A stretch of 32,348 nt of DNA from Armatimonadota bacterium (GTDB lineage: Bacteria; Armatimonadota; UBA5829; DTLH01): assembly GCA_039680575.1 (NCBI GenBank), contig JBDKSP010000033.1, forward strand, positions 1 through 32,348, written 5' to 3'. Positions 1 through 9,331 of this stretch are shown in pieces. The position numbers and the translations under genes were made by a program. The notes beneath the pieces are model-generated. The model did not search any database, was not told where the DNA came from, and worked only from the letters and a program-made list of their open reading frames with translations. Positions within the stretch are counted from its first letter, which is position 1. Each line of letters opens with the position of its first letter.

Positions 1-322
1 GTCAATATACATACCTCCAAGATGATATACTGACTACTTCGACATCAATGCATAAAGTACCTATCTGTAATAAATGTCACTCCGCGCATGCAATTGTCAT
101 AAAACAAATTTCAGTGCGTTCGCCCTGTCATAGTGATAGACCAGCCGTCTTTATCATAATGATAGACAGGCATAGCACTGCCACTTGCCCACTGCTATGC
201 CTGTCTTCCGGCTAAGCCTATTCTAAAGGGTTTTGGCGGTTGATGTAACGCGTAAACAATATCGTTTCAGCCAAAACTCAATAGTTGCAGGAAGTAAAAG
301 TACTGCCGTTTAAGACACGAGA

Positions 323-532
323 CTATATCTTTGCGCTTGCCATTAAGGAGTTACCGAGAGAAGTCTGAAGTTTTCCGGTTATTACCGCTTCGACTGTCTC
401 GCCGACCTGCGCTCCCGCTCCGATAATCACCACCATAGTCTCATCGGGCAGATGAGCTATGCCGTCATTGTTGCAGATGCCCTGTCGATCGATCTTCAGA
501 ACGATCTCATCCCCGGTCTGGTAATGTATCAT
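323..532 (-). CDS. Stand-alone TRAM-domain protein (resembles the YacL C-terminal TRAM)
   Basis: 69 aa with GIAHLPDETMVVI..G..VGETV..VIT..LQTS.G pattern; GGAG RBS upstream. Confidence 0.75.
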   Translation of the reverse strand: MIHYQTGDEIVLKIDRQGICNNDGIAHLPDETMVVIIGAGAQVGETVEAVITGKLQTSLGNSLMASAKI

Positions 533-582
533 CTTCGCACTCCTAACAATACATTAGTCGTGAAACGAACAGTATTTCGGTC

Positions 583-885
583 CTATTCAATAGCCTTTTG
601 CGGACACTCTCCGGCTGAATACATCTGGACGCCGCGTCCGGCGGTAAGGGAACCCACTAGCACCATGATAAACAGCAGGCCGATTCTATAAAGAATAAAA
701 AGGGCCGACAGGCTGAGGGCAGTCGTTGCGGGTTGAGCGCCGGTTCGCGAAGATGAAATGGCAAGTGCGTCCGCAGGCAAGGTAAACAACCTGTACGCGA
801 TGATAAACGAGATTACTAATATTGCTATGCCGATAGCGAAAACTGTCAAGCCTGTGATTCGGGCTGATAGGTCGCGATTTTGCAT
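583..885 (-). CDS. Small membrane protein, two predicted TM helices, unknown function
   Basis: Two hydrophobic stretches; GAGG RBS; co-oriented with neighbours. Confidence 0.65.
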   Translation of the reverse strand: MQNRDLSARITGLTVFAIGIAILVISFIIAYRLFTLPADALAISSSRTGAQPATTALSLSALFILYRIGLLFIMVLVGSLTAGRGVQMYSAGECPQKAIE

Positions 886-1029
886 GCAGTCCTCACGGTC
901 TACGTCATTCTTGGAACTACGTATTTATCTTACCCAACTTCGGTTGAATACTACTTATTATGTTTGCCAATGGATTCCTCCATGGTTTTTAGAAAATTGA
1001 GGATTTATGTATGGATGAGTAAGGAAGGT

Positions 1030-1395
1030 CTACTCCCCGAACGCATTCTGGATGATTTCCACAGAGACGGGTTTTCCACGCTCGAATTTCACTTCGACTA
1101 CATCGAACCTGCAGTCCGAATCCGATGCATTTTTGGAGGAAAGGTAGTGTTTTGCTGTGATTATGAGCTTCGATTGCTTCTTTCTGTTGACCGATTCAGC
1201 GGGGAAGACGGGAAAATCGGAGCGGCGGCTTCTGACTTCGACGAAGACTATCGAACCCCGGTCACACGCGATGATGTCGATCTCACCGTAGCGGCAGCGG
1301 TAGTTGGTCTCGATGACCTCATAACCCCGGCGAGTGAGCTCTCCGGCCGCGAGTCCTTCGGCCCTCTTTCCTAGAAGAGACTTTTCTGTGGGCAT
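1030..1395 (-). CDS. yraN: YraN/UPF0102 family putative endonuclease
   Basis: LGKRAE..A...L...GY....NYR...GEIDII......FVEV and RFDVV motifs; follows rnhB as commonly seen. Confidence 0.92.
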   Translation of the reverse strand: MPTEKSLLGKRAEGLAAGELTRRGYEVIETNYRCRYGEIDIIACDRGSIVFVEVRSRRSDFPVFPAESVNRKKQSKLIITAKHYLSSKNASDSDCRFDVVEVKFERGKPVSVEIIQNAFGE

Positions 1396-2021
1396 TCGCC
1401 GTTTACTTTCCGGGCTACGGGAGAAAAACTCATTCTATGGATGGCGCACGCGCCATGCTCCTCGATGGCCTTCAGGTGTGCCTGAGTACAATAGCCCTTG
1501 TGCTTCTCGAAGCCGTAGTGAGGATACTTTTTAGCCATCTCGCGCATGATGCAGTCCCGCGTTACCTTCGCCACAATCGACGCAGCAGCGATGGATGCGC
1601 TCTTTGAGTCACCTTCGATTATGGCTGACTGTTCCACGCCGATGTCCGGGATGGCGTGGTCGCCATCGACCAGTACAAAATCAAAGGCAGCGCCCATGTC
1701 TTTGAGCGCCGCCCTCATTGCTTCGTATGTAGCCTGCAAGATATTTATCTTGTCGATGATCTCCGAGCCGACTATTCCGACCCCGACTGCCTTCGCGTCT
1801 GTTGTTATCCGCGCATAAGCCCTCTCGCGCTGCGCTTCCGAGAGCTTCTTCGAGTCGCGTATGCCGGTCAGATCGAAGTCCGGGGGAAGGATCACCGCCG
1901 CCGCCACTACCGGCCCCGCAAGCGGGCCTCGCCCTGCCTCATCAACCCCTGCTATTTCAGCGTGACCAGATCGCTGCGCTTCGCGCTCGTATTTGAAGAG
2001 ATCGTTATCCGGCATAGTCAT
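1371..2021 (-). CDS. rnhB: Ribonuclease HII
   Basis: GVDEAGRGPLAGPVVAAAV, DSKKL, SIAAASIVAKVTRD, HKGY motifs; start uncertain (2045, 2021 or 2015). Confidence 0.96.
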   Translation of the reverse strand: MTMPDNDLFKYEREAQRSGHAEIAGVDEAGRGPLAGPVVAAAVILPPDFDLTGIRDSKKLSEAQRERAYARITTDAKAVGVGIVGSEIIDKINILQATYEAMRAALKDMGAAFDFVLVDGDHAIPDIGVEQSAIIEGDSKSASIAAASIVAKVTRDCIMREMAKKYPHYGFEKHKGYCTQAHLKAIEEHGACAIHRMSFSPVARKVNGECPQKSLF

Positions 2022-2032
2022 AAGATCAGGCG

Positions 2033-2980
2033 TTACCTGTCCCACTGGAACCTGTTGAACGGGAAGAAAGTAAACATCGCCCTGCCGACAACCCTGTCGC
2101 GGTCGAGCGGCCCCCAGAAGCGGCCATCGCTCGAATGGTTGCGGTTGTCGCCCATCATAAGATACTCGCCCTTGGACAGCTTGATCCGCTCATGGCCGTT
2201 ATTAGTGATAAGCTGGAGCTTACCTGCATCGGCTGCCTCTAACAGATACGGATCATTAAGGATAGGATATTCGCCATCCGGGTCTTCAGCCATATACGGT
2301 TCGTTCAGAATCTTCCCGTTCCGCCAGACATAGCCCGGGTGTATTTCTATTTCAGGGTTCAACATATCAAGATAATCAGCTAGTTGCTTGTTGCTGATAC
2401 GCTTCCCCTGAACATAAACCCCGTCTTTAGTGAGCTTTACCGAGAAATCGTCGATCTTATAGCTTCTGAAATCGTACTGATATTCATAACCGACTTTACT
2501 TGCGATTTTATCTTCGATCTCCAAGCGGGCAAACTTCCTGCCGTCCACAAGGACATATCCCGGCACTACGTATATCTCATCACCCGGAACACCGACAACA
2601 CGTTTGATATAATCGGTCTGCGCGGATTCCAGCATTCCACTTATTTTAAGAGCCGCAGGAGGAGCCTTGAACACGACAATATCCCCGTGCTGCGGGTCTT
2701 TCACCCGGTAGACCGCCTTATTCACGAGAATATGGTCATGCACCAAAAGCGTCGGTACCATAGACTCAGACGGTATGAAAAATGCCTGGACGAAGAACGG
2801 CCTTATGATCAGAAATACGAGTCCCATCGCAATGGCGAGGGATTCGGCTATTTCCGCCATGGACTTAGCCGAGGGCGTTCCCCGCTTGAGCAGCGCGAAC
2901 CTGATCCCTATAAGTACGATTATCGTTACAACAACCGTATACCAGGGCAGATTAGCAAGCCACTCGGTGATGTTGCTCAT
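2033..2980 (-). CDS. lepB: Signal peptidase I
   Basis: [10 protein letters not shown] (catalytic Ser), [11 protein letters not shown] (Lys), [15 protein letters not shown]; two N-terminal TM segments. Confidence 0.95.
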   Translation of the reverse strand: MSNITEWLANLPWYTVVVTIIVLIGIRFALLKRGTPSAKSMAEIAESLAIAMGLVFLIIRPFFVQAFFIPSESMVPTLLVHDHILVNKAVYRVKDPQHGDIVVFKAPPAALKISGMLESAQTDYIKRVVGVPGDEIYVVPGYVLVDGRKFARLEIEDKIASKVGYEYQYDFRSYKIDDFSVKLTKDGVYVQGKRISNKQLADYLDMLNPEIEIHPGYVWRNGKILNEPYMAEDPDGEYPILNDPYLLEAADAGKLQLITNNGHERIKLSKGEYLMMGDNRNHSSDGRFWGPLDRDRVVGRAMFTFFPFNRFQWDR

Positions 2981-3318
2981 CTCTTTTCCTTGATTCTTGC
3001 GGCCTTTCCGACTCTGCCTCGGAGATAGTAAAGTTTAGCTCTTCGGACATCACCTTTTCTTGTTACTTCGATCTTAGCGATCTTTGGTGAATGAAGTGGG
3101 AAGACCCGCTCGACACCTATGCTGTTCGAAATCTTTCGGACTGTGAAAGCGGACTTCAAACCGCCGTCCTTCTGTCCGATTACTACACCCTCGAATACCT
3201 GGATGCGCTCTTTACCACCTTCGACTACCCGCACGTGCACACGAACGGTATCGCCAGGTCCGAAGCTCGGAACATCCTCTCGGAGCTGTTCGCGCTCCAG
3301 TTGCTCAATTATCTGCAT
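2977..3318 (-). CDS. rplS: 50S ribosomal protein L19
   Basis: [29 protein letters not shown] ... [13 protein letters not shown] at 3318 with GAGGAGG RBS. Confidence 0.98.
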   Translation of the reverse strand: MQIIEQLEREQLREDVPSFGPGDTVRVHVRVVEGGKERIQVFEGVVIGQKDGGLKSAFTVRKISNSIGVERVFPLHSPKIAKIEVTRKGDVRRAKLYYLRGRVGKAARIKEKR

Positions 3319-4108
3319 TAACGTCCTCCTCAATAGAGTCCTGAGTTACAGGTTCTAACTTCTTAGTATTCCGCTGTTCTTCTAAAAGTTCCAGCAATAT
3401 TTTTCTGTCTTTATCTGTAAGGGCAGCCTTCTCCAGAAGCTCAGGCCGCCTCTCAAGCGTCCGTTTCAGCGACATCCTTCGACGCCACTCTGCGATCATT
3501 TTGTGATGCCCCGAGATCAGGATGTCCGGCACCCGCCACCCGCGGAACTCCACAGGCCTCGTATAATGCGGATATTCGAGAAGCCCTTCCGAAAAGGACT
3601 CCTCGACCGCCGATTCCTCATCTCCAAGCACACCCGGCAAGAGCCTTGCGACCGAGTCTATCAAAACAAGCGCAGGAAGCTCTCCCCCGGTCAGCACATA
3701 GTCTCCCATCGAGATCTCTCTATCGACCAGGCGCTCCCGGACACGCTCGTCCACGCCTTCATAGTGTCCGCAGAGTATTATCAACCGGCTTTCGGTAGAA
3801 AGTTCTCTGGCGATCTTCTGCGAATAGGGCTCGCCCTGCGGAGTCATCATCAAAACCTTCGACTCTCCAGGCTTCTCGCCCTCACGTATAACTTCGACCG
3901 CCTCGAATATGGGGTCTGGTTTCATAACCATCCCCGCGCCCGGACCAAATGGCGCGTCATCCGTGCTTCGATGCCTGTCATGCGTATAATCCCGCAGGTC
4001 ATGGACCCCAACTTCAAGGGCTCCCTTTTCCTGCGCCCGCTTGACTATGCTGTACCCGGACCCGGCTTCTATAACTTCCGGAAAGACGGTGATGACATCA
4101 ATCTTCAA
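3305..4108 (-). CDS. trmD: tRNA (guanine37-N1)-methyltransferase
   Basis: [44 protein letters not shown] motifs. Confidence 0.98.
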   Translation of the reverse strand: MKIDVITVFPEVIEAGSGYSIVKRAQEKGALEVGVHDLRDYTHDRHRSTDDAPFGPGAGMVMKPDPIFEAVEVIREGEKPGESKVLMMTPQGEPYSQKIARELSTESRLIILCGHYEGVDERVRERLVDREISMGDYVLTGGELPALVLIDSVARLLPGVLGDEESAVEESFSEGLLEYPHYTRPVEFRGWRVPDILISGHHKMIAEWRRRMSLKRTLERRPELLEKAALTDKDRKILLELLEEQRNTKKLEPVTQDSIEEDVNADN

Positions 4109-4117
4109 AATACAACC

Positions 4118-4201
4118 CTAATCCTCGTTATTCACGCTTGCTGTGAATAACGCTTTATTAGCAAGAGCTTTATTCGTTTCTCGAATAAAGCGGGCTAATC
4201 C
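4118..4201. repeat. Double-hairpin intergenic cassette flanked by 7-bp direct repeat CTAATCC
   Basis: CGTTATTCAC/GTGAATAACG (4126-4152) and GCTTTATTCG/CGAATAAAGC (4167-4191); CTAATCC at 4118-4124 and 4195-4201. Confidence 0.6.
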
Positions 4202-4710
4202 GATATCATCCCGTCGATCAGTTTCACGATCATTTTGCCACCGGCCAGATCGATCTCCTGCACGAACTCTTTTACCGCAGGAATCATCGCTTTCGGCGTG
4301 ACATAGATGTCGTTTCCGGCTCCCTGCAGCACATCAGTCACCTTGCCGATATTCTCTCCATCAGTAGTATATACGTCGAGCCCCAAAATATCGTGCACAT
4401 AGTATTGACCGGCATCGAGCTCCATAAGCTCCGATTCGTCGATCCTGAGTTCTGCGCCCCTGAGTCCTTCGGCAGAGCTTCGGTCGCCGCATCCCTCGAA
4501 CTTGATGAGCGCTCCTCCCTGGTGGAAGCGGATACTCTCAATTCGAGCCAAACGGCCCTGTCCGGTCTTGGGCTGAAGCCAGACTTCCTCCTGGTCTTCG
4601 AACCTTTCGGGAAAATCGGTCTCGATCTTTACTTTGACCTCTCCCTTGATGCCGAACGGAGCAACTACCGTTCCTATGACTACATCAGGTTCTTTTCCGG
4701 AACCGGTCAA
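4195..4710 (-). CDS. rimM: Ribosome maturation factor RimM
   Basis: IGTVVAPFGIKGEVKV, YYVHDILGLDV, IPAVKEFVQEIDL; between rpsP and trmD. Confidence 0.95.
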   Translation of the reverse strand: MTGSGKEPDVVIGTVVAPFGIKGEVKVKIETDFPERFEDQEEVWLQPKTGQGRLARIESIRFHQGGALIKFEGCGDRSSAEGLRGAELRIDESELMELDAGQYYVHDILGLDVYTTDGENIGKVTDVLQGAGNDIYVTPKAMIPAVKEFVQEIDLAGGKMIVKLIDGMISD

Positions 4711-5111
4711 CCCTCTTTGATCTCCTGAACGATACCGTCTTTTATGGTAATCTCTGCGCCGCTCATCTTTTCGACCAGGTTATCCCCGACCGCGACATCA
4801 ACTTCGCCTTCTATCGTGCCCTGGACAAACTCGGACCCTACCTCGAGCCCAGTGATCTCCTTCAGCTTGCCATTGACCTCAGCCTTCATACTCTCATGGT
4901 GCTGTATTTCCGCTTCGATCTCCCGGCGCAGGCGTCCCGCCTGTTCGATGTCCGCCTTCGCCACCTCGGGCACGTAACGCCGGAGCTGAAATTCGAGCTG
5001 CTGGCTTGCCGTGTCAATCCGGGCAAGCGTTTTCGTGAGTTCTTCCTTCAGATTGCTCTTGAACTCCTCGGTGACTATCGCTTTTATCGTTACCGCGCGT
5101 TTAAGCTTCAT
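4707..5111 (-). CDS. ylqD: YlqD family protein
   Basis: LKRAVTIKAIVTEEFK, coiled coil, LEVGSEFVQGTIEG..VGDNL..EITIKDGIV; GGAGG RBS; conserved position. Confidence 0.85.
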   Translation of the reverse strand: MKLKRAVTIKAIVTEEFKSNLKEELTKTLARIDTASQQLEFQLRRYVPEVAKADIEQAGRLRREIEAEIQHHESMKAEVNGKLKEITGLEVGSEFVQGTIEGEVDVAVGDNLVEKMSGAEITIKDGIVQEIKEG

Positions 5112-5205
5112 TGTCCTCCACCGGTACATAAAATAAGCTCAGATCAGGGACCCTGATTTCAGACATGTCTGAAACGGCATCCATAATCCGAAATACTCGG
5201 CCTGC

Positions 5206-5436
5206 TTATGATACTATGTCGATAAAGACCTTGTTGCCTTCCTTCATAGCCGCGGCTTTTGCCACGGTGCGGAGGGCGTTGGCGATCTTGCCGTCTTTAC
5301 CGATGACTTTTCCCAGGTCGCTCTCATCCACATGGACCTGGTAGGTCACGGCGCCGTCATGAGCGACTTCCATGATCTCGACCCGGTCCTGCTCATTTAC
5401 AAGCGCCTTAACCAGAATTTCAATCAGATCTTTCAA
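5206..5436 (-). CDS. khpA: KH-domain RNA-binding protein KhpA (YlqC)
   Basis: 76 aa, DLGKVIGKDGKIANALRTV GxxG loop; directly downstream of rpsP. Confidence 0.93.
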   Translation of the reverse strand: MKDLIEILVKALVNEQDRVEIMEVAHDGAVTYQVHVDESDLGKVIGKDGKIANALRTVAKAAAMKEGNKVFIDIVS

Positions 5437-5478
5437 GATTGTCCTACTCCCAATCGGAGAGATTTAAGAGACAGCCGA

Positions 5479-5820
5479 CTATGCTTCCTCGGTCTTTGCT
5501 GCCGCTTTCTTCCTTCTCTTGGGCGCTGCTTCAGGTGCAGGAGTCTCCTCAACAACCGGAGCTTCAGTCTGAGCGGCTCCGATTACGCCCGATTTCTTAA
5601 GGAGTCCTCTTGCTGTGTCAGTCGGCTGCGCTCCGCGGCCAAGCCACAGTTTAGTCTTTTCCTCATCGATCTTCATGATCGGCGGCTCAGTGGTCGGATC
5701 GTAGTAACCCAACTGTTCGATGAATCTTCCACCGCGAGCTGTGCGGCTGTCGGCCACTACTATCCTGTAGAAAGGCCTTTTCTTTGCGCCCATTCTGCGC
5801 AGTCTGATCTTTACTGCCAA
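5479..5820 (-). CDS. rpsP: 30S ribosomal protein S16
   Basis: [41 protein letters not shown] start, GGAGG RBS. Confidence 0.98.
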   Translation of the reverse strand: MAVKIRLRRMGAKKRPFYRIVVADSRTARGGRFIEQLGYYDPTTEPPIMKIDEEKTKLWLGRGAQPTDTARGLLKKSGVIGAAQTEAPVVEETPAPEAAPKRRKKAAAKTEEA

Positions 5821-5870
5821 TACATAGCCTCCAATTTAGTGTTCGAATTCCAAGTTTTACCTATTCTCCG

Positions 5871-5968
5871 GGACCGCTTTTCATCCCGAAGAATAAATTT
5901 CGGTTTATTATGCTTCGGACCGCTTTTCATCTACCCGTGGTCCAGTAGGACCACGGGTAGAAGCACGA
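5871..5968. repeat. Intergenic palindromic repeat mosaic (REP/BIME-like)
   Basis: 15-bp direct repeat GGACCGCTTTTCATC (5871-5885, 5917-5931) and hairpin TCTACCCGTGGTCC-AGTA-GGACCACGGGTAGA (5930-5961); related copies near 30.3 kb and 32.3 kb. Confidence 0.7.
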
Positions 5969-5973
5969 CTGTG

Positions 5974-7326
5974 TTATTTAAAGAACGGCATCGGCGGCAG
6001 TTTCTTGCGTTTTCCGGACTTCATCGATTCCTCGTAGCCCGTCAACTGCCGCATCATCTTCCGCATTTCATCAAACTGTTTTATCAAGCGGTTTACATCC
6101 TGAATGCTGGTACCGCTCCCGTCCGCTATCCGTCTTCTCCGGCTGCCGTTTATTATCGCAGGTTCGCGCCGCTCTTCTTTTGTCATGGAGCGGATTATAG
6201 CTTCGACCTGGCCTATGTCATGCTCGTCAACCTTGATCCCCTGCAGTTGCTTCAACTGGCCGAAACCAGGGATCATCGAAATGAGCTGATCGAGCGGGCC
6301 CATCTTGCGCATCTCCTGAAGCTGGTTCAGGTAGTCATCGAACCCGAACTGGTTCTCACGGAGCTTCTTTTCGAGCTCCTTGGCATGCTCCTCGGTCACT
6401 GTGGCCTGAGCTTTTTCGATCAGGCTCAGCACATCACCCATTCCGAGAATGCGAGATGCCATCCGGTCCGGGTGGAACGGCTCCAGGCCGTCCATTTTCT
6501 CGCTGGTTCCTGCAAACTTGATCGGCTTTCCCGTCACGCTCTTGATGGAGAGCGCCGCGCCGCCTCTGGCATCGCTGTCGAGCTTTGTCATAATGACGCC
6601 GTCTATTGCGATTGCGTCGTTGAACGCCTTTGCAACATTCACGGCATCCTGGCCGGACATGGAATCAACGACGAGGAGCACTTCAGTGACGGGAATCGAT
6701 GCCCGGATGCGCTTCAACTCGTCCATCATCTCGTCGTCTATGGAAAGCCTTCCGGCAACGTCGAGGATTACATAATCGTGTCCTCCGCTCGCCGCGGCAG
6801 ACATCGCAGCTTTGCAGACGGCTACTCCGTCCTGCTTGTCGCCCATCGAGAAGACCTTCACCCCGATCTGCTCACCAAGCGTATGAAGCTGCTTGATAGC
6901 CGCCGGGCGGTATACGTCCGCGGCGACTAGGAGCGGGTTTTTCCCCTGCTTTTTCAGATTGAACGCAAGCTTTCCGGCGGTCGTTGTCTTGCCAGCTCCG
7001 TGAAGGCCTGAGAGCATGACAACGGTCGGAGGCTTAGCGGCTACCGTGAGCTTCGCCTGCTGCCCCCCGAGAAGTGAAATCAACTCCTCGTGGACGATCT
7101 TTATGACCATCTGCCCGGGCGACAGGCTTTTCATCACATCCTGGCCGACAGCGCGTTCCTTCACGCGCGCGACGAAATCCTTCACAACGCGGAAGTTGAC
7201 ATCTGCCTCAAGGAGGACGAGCCGCACTTCACGAAGCGCCTCATCGACATCTTTCTCCGTAAGCGCGCCTTTCCCCGTCAGCCGCTTGAACGCATTCTGA
7301 AGTTTTTCGCTCAGGCTCTCGAACAC
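5974..7326 (-). CDS. ffh: Signal recognition particle protein Ffh
   Basis: LLEADVNF, GLHGAGKTTT, DVYRPAAI, DVAGR, TKLDSDARGGAALS, Met-rich M domain; GTG start at 7326 with GGAG RBS. Confidence 0.98.
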   Translation of the reverse strand: MFESLSEKLQNAFKRLTGKGALTEKDVDEALREVRLVLLEADVNFRVVKDFVARVKERAVGQDVMKSLSPGQMVIKIVHEELISLLGGQQAKLTVAAKPPTVVMLSGLHGAGKTTTAGKLAFNLKKQGKNPLLVAADVYRPAAIKQLHTLGEQIGVKVFSMGDKQDGVAVCKAAMSAAASGGHDYVILDVAGRLSIDDEMMDELKRIRASIPVTEVLLVVDSMSGQDAVNVAKAFNDAIAIDGVIMTKLDSDARGGAALSIKSVTGKPIKFAGTSEKMDGLEPFHPDRMASRILGMGDVLSLIEKAQATVTEEHAKELEKKLRENQFGFDDYLNQLQEMRKMGPLDQLISMIPGFGQLKQLQGIKVDEHDIGQVEAIIRSMTKEERREPAIINGSRRRRIADGSGTSIQDVNRLIKQFDEMRKMMRQLTGYEESMKSGKRKKLPPMPFFK

Positions 7327-7431
7327 CTGTTTACTCCATCCAATCAGCAAAAGCGGGAACTCGAGACGTGACTTAGGGAGCGGATGCCGACATCCGTTCC
7401 CAAAAACAATCTCGGTTCCCTACTCTGTTAT

Positions 7432-7460
7432 AGTATATCGGCTACAGGAACCGTTGTCAA
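7432..7460 (-). promoter_or_regulatory. sigma70-type promoter of ffh
   Basis: TTGACA-17 bp-TATACT on the minus strand, about 105 bp upstream of the start codon. Confidence 0.8.
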
Positions 7461-7576
7461 ACAAACGAAATTGCCTCAAAATGACAGAGTCCTTCGCTGC
7501 GTTTGAGCGCATTCCAAATACAGATGGGGGTTCGGGCATGGATACCGCGAATAGAACGGATGCGTCCCTGATGTTT

Positions 7577-8410
7577 CTACCCCTTCACCCCGGAGATAAC
7601 GACTCCCTGGATGAAATACTTCTGCGCTGCAAAAAACAGCACGAGGAGCGGAAACATGACGACGGTCGATGCAGCCATGAGGAGATGCCAATCGGTCGTG
7701 TACTGACCCTGAAACGCCCAGAGCGCGAGCGCGAGCGTCCGTTTGCCAGGATCAGATAAGTAGATAAGCGGGCCCATGAAGTCGTTCCAGTGAGTCATAA
7801 AGGCAAATATCGCAACAGCCGCAAGCGCGGGTTTGACCTGCGGCAAAAGCACCCGCCACCACACCTGAAACGTACCTGCCCCGTCTATACGCGCAGCCTC
7901 GTCCATCTCTATCGGCAACGACATAAAGTACTGTCTCAAGAGGAATATGAAAAACGCCGAACCGAACGCCGCAGGCAGTGTGAGCGGCACGAATGTATCA
8001 TAGAAGCCGAGGTTCGACCATATTTTGAACACCGGGACCATCGTGACCTGCGCCGGTAGCATCATCGTCGAGAGCAGCACGATGAAAAGCGCGTTTCTCC
8101 CGGGAAACCGCATCCTGGCGAAGCCGAATGCGACTATCGAAGATGACAGCACCTGAAGCACGAGGCAGGTAAGCGTGATCTTGACCGTGTTCAGGAGATA
8201 AAGCTGGAACGGCATCACCGAAAGGGCTTTTGCATAGTTCCCCCACCTGACTGGGTTCGGTATCCACTGCGGCGGGTCGAGAAAGATGTTCGCCGGGTCC
8301 TTGAGCGACGTAGAGATCAGCCAGAAAAACGGGATCATGACTATTCCTGAACCGATCAGAAGCAGTGTATAGCCGAGAAAAGATGCTCTCGCATTCCGCG
8401 CTCGCTTCAT
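7577..8410 (-). CDS. Carbohydrate ABC transporter permease (MalG/UgpE type)
   Basis: EAA motif EMDEAARIDGAG; multiple TM helices. Confidence 0.93.
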   Translation of the reverse strand: MKRARNARASFLGYTLLLIGSGIVMIPFFWLISTSLKDPANIFLDPPQWIPNPVRWGNYAKALSVMPFQLYLLNTVKITLTCLVLQVLSSSIVAFGFARMRFPGRNALFIVLLSTMMLPAQVTMVPVFKIWSNLGFYDTFVPLTLPAAFGSAFFIFLLRQYFMSLPIEMDEAARIDGAGTFQVWWRVLLPQVKPALAAVAIFAFMTHWNDFMGPLIYLSDPGKRTLALALWAFQGQYTTDWHLLMAASTVVMFPLLVLFFAAQKYFIQGVVISGVKG

Positions 8411-9321
8411 TGTTTCACCTCCGTCTCATAGTAGACCCATCTGCCGGAGAGTTTGAAGACAAGGAGCGTGAGCACGAGCACGATTGCGAACAGAATCCAT
8501 GCAAGAGCCGATGCGTAGCCCATCTGAAGATATTTGAATGCCTTTTGATACAAGTACAGCACATAAAACAGGGTGGAATATCCCGGACCGCCGTTCGGGG
8601 TCATGATAAACGATGCCGTAAACACCTGAAAACTGCCGATTATCCCCATTATCAGGTTGAAAAAGATCGTGGGAGAGATCATCGGGATGGTAACGGTCCA
8701 GAATTTCTTCCAGGAGCCCGCGCCGTCTATCTCGGCGGCTTCGTAAAGCTGCGTCGGGACTCCCTGAAGCCCGGCGAGGTAGATAATCATCCCGCCGCCT
8801 ATCCCCCACAGGCTCATTATGACGAAAGATGGGAGCGCCCATGCCGGGTCTGAAAGCCACGGTTTCGGACCGATGTGCATCAGGCCGAGAATGTAGTTCA
8901 ACACCCCGCCCTGAGGCTTCAGTATCCAGAGCCAGAGCATCGTGACTGCGACTCCGGGGAGTATGGCCGGGATATAGAATATCGACCGGAACAACCGCAT
9001 GCCTTTGAGCTTTAGGTTGAGGAGCACGGCGAGCGAAAGCGACCCGATGAGCCCCAGCGGGACGCTGAACGCGGCGTAAAGCGCCGTCACCTTGAGCGAC
9101 TGCCTGAACCGGAAGTCATCGGTAAAAATCGTTCTGTAATTTTCGAGCCCGACAAACTTCGCGGGGGTGATGAGGTCCCATTTCATCAGGCTGATGATGA
9201 ACGAGAAGACCATCGGCCCCAGCGTAAGCAAAAGGAACCCGATGAGCCACGGAGCTATACAGAGATAGCCCTCAAAAGCCTCTTTTCGCGCTAATCGACC
9301 TCGTTTTTGCCTTTTACTCAT
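8407..9321 (-). CDS. Carbohydrate ABC transporter permease (MalF/UgpA type)
   Basis: FVGLENY, LYEAAEIDGAG, MGYASALAW. Confidence 0.93.
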   Translation of the reverse strand: MSKRQKRGRLARKEAFEGYLCIAPWLIGFLLLTLGPMVFSFIISLMKWDLITPAKFVGLENYRTIFTDDFRFRQSLKVTALYAAFSVPLGLIGSLSLAVLLNLKLKGMRLFRSIFYIPAILPGVAVTMLWLWILKPQGGVLNYILGLMHIGPKPWLSDPAWALPSFVIMSLWGIGGGMIIYLAGLQGVPTQLYEAAEIDGAGSWKKFWTVTIPMISPTIFFNLIMGIIGSFQVFTASFIMTPNGGPGYSTLFYVLYLYQKAFKYLQMGYASALAWILFAIVLVLTLLVFKLSGRWVYYETEVKQ

Positions 9322-9331
9322 CCTGATGCCT
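9289..9331 (+). repeat. Direct repeat copy 1 flanking the RAYT cassette
   Basis: 9289-9324 is identical to 10043-10078 (36 bp); 9320-9331 also matches 10080-10091. Confidence 0.9.

Noticed and set aside
61..105. Pho box suggested by TGTCA-like half sites
   Set aside because: Half sites are not at the 11-bp spacing.
5332..6930. 532-aa plus-strand ORF
   Set aside because: Antisense shadow of ffh, rpsP and khpA with no recognisable motifs; the other long antisense ORFs over conserved genes were rejected for the same reason.
7355..7420. SRP (4.5S) RNA next to ffh
   Set aside because: Lacks the conserved CAGG/GGAA/AGCA domain IV motif.
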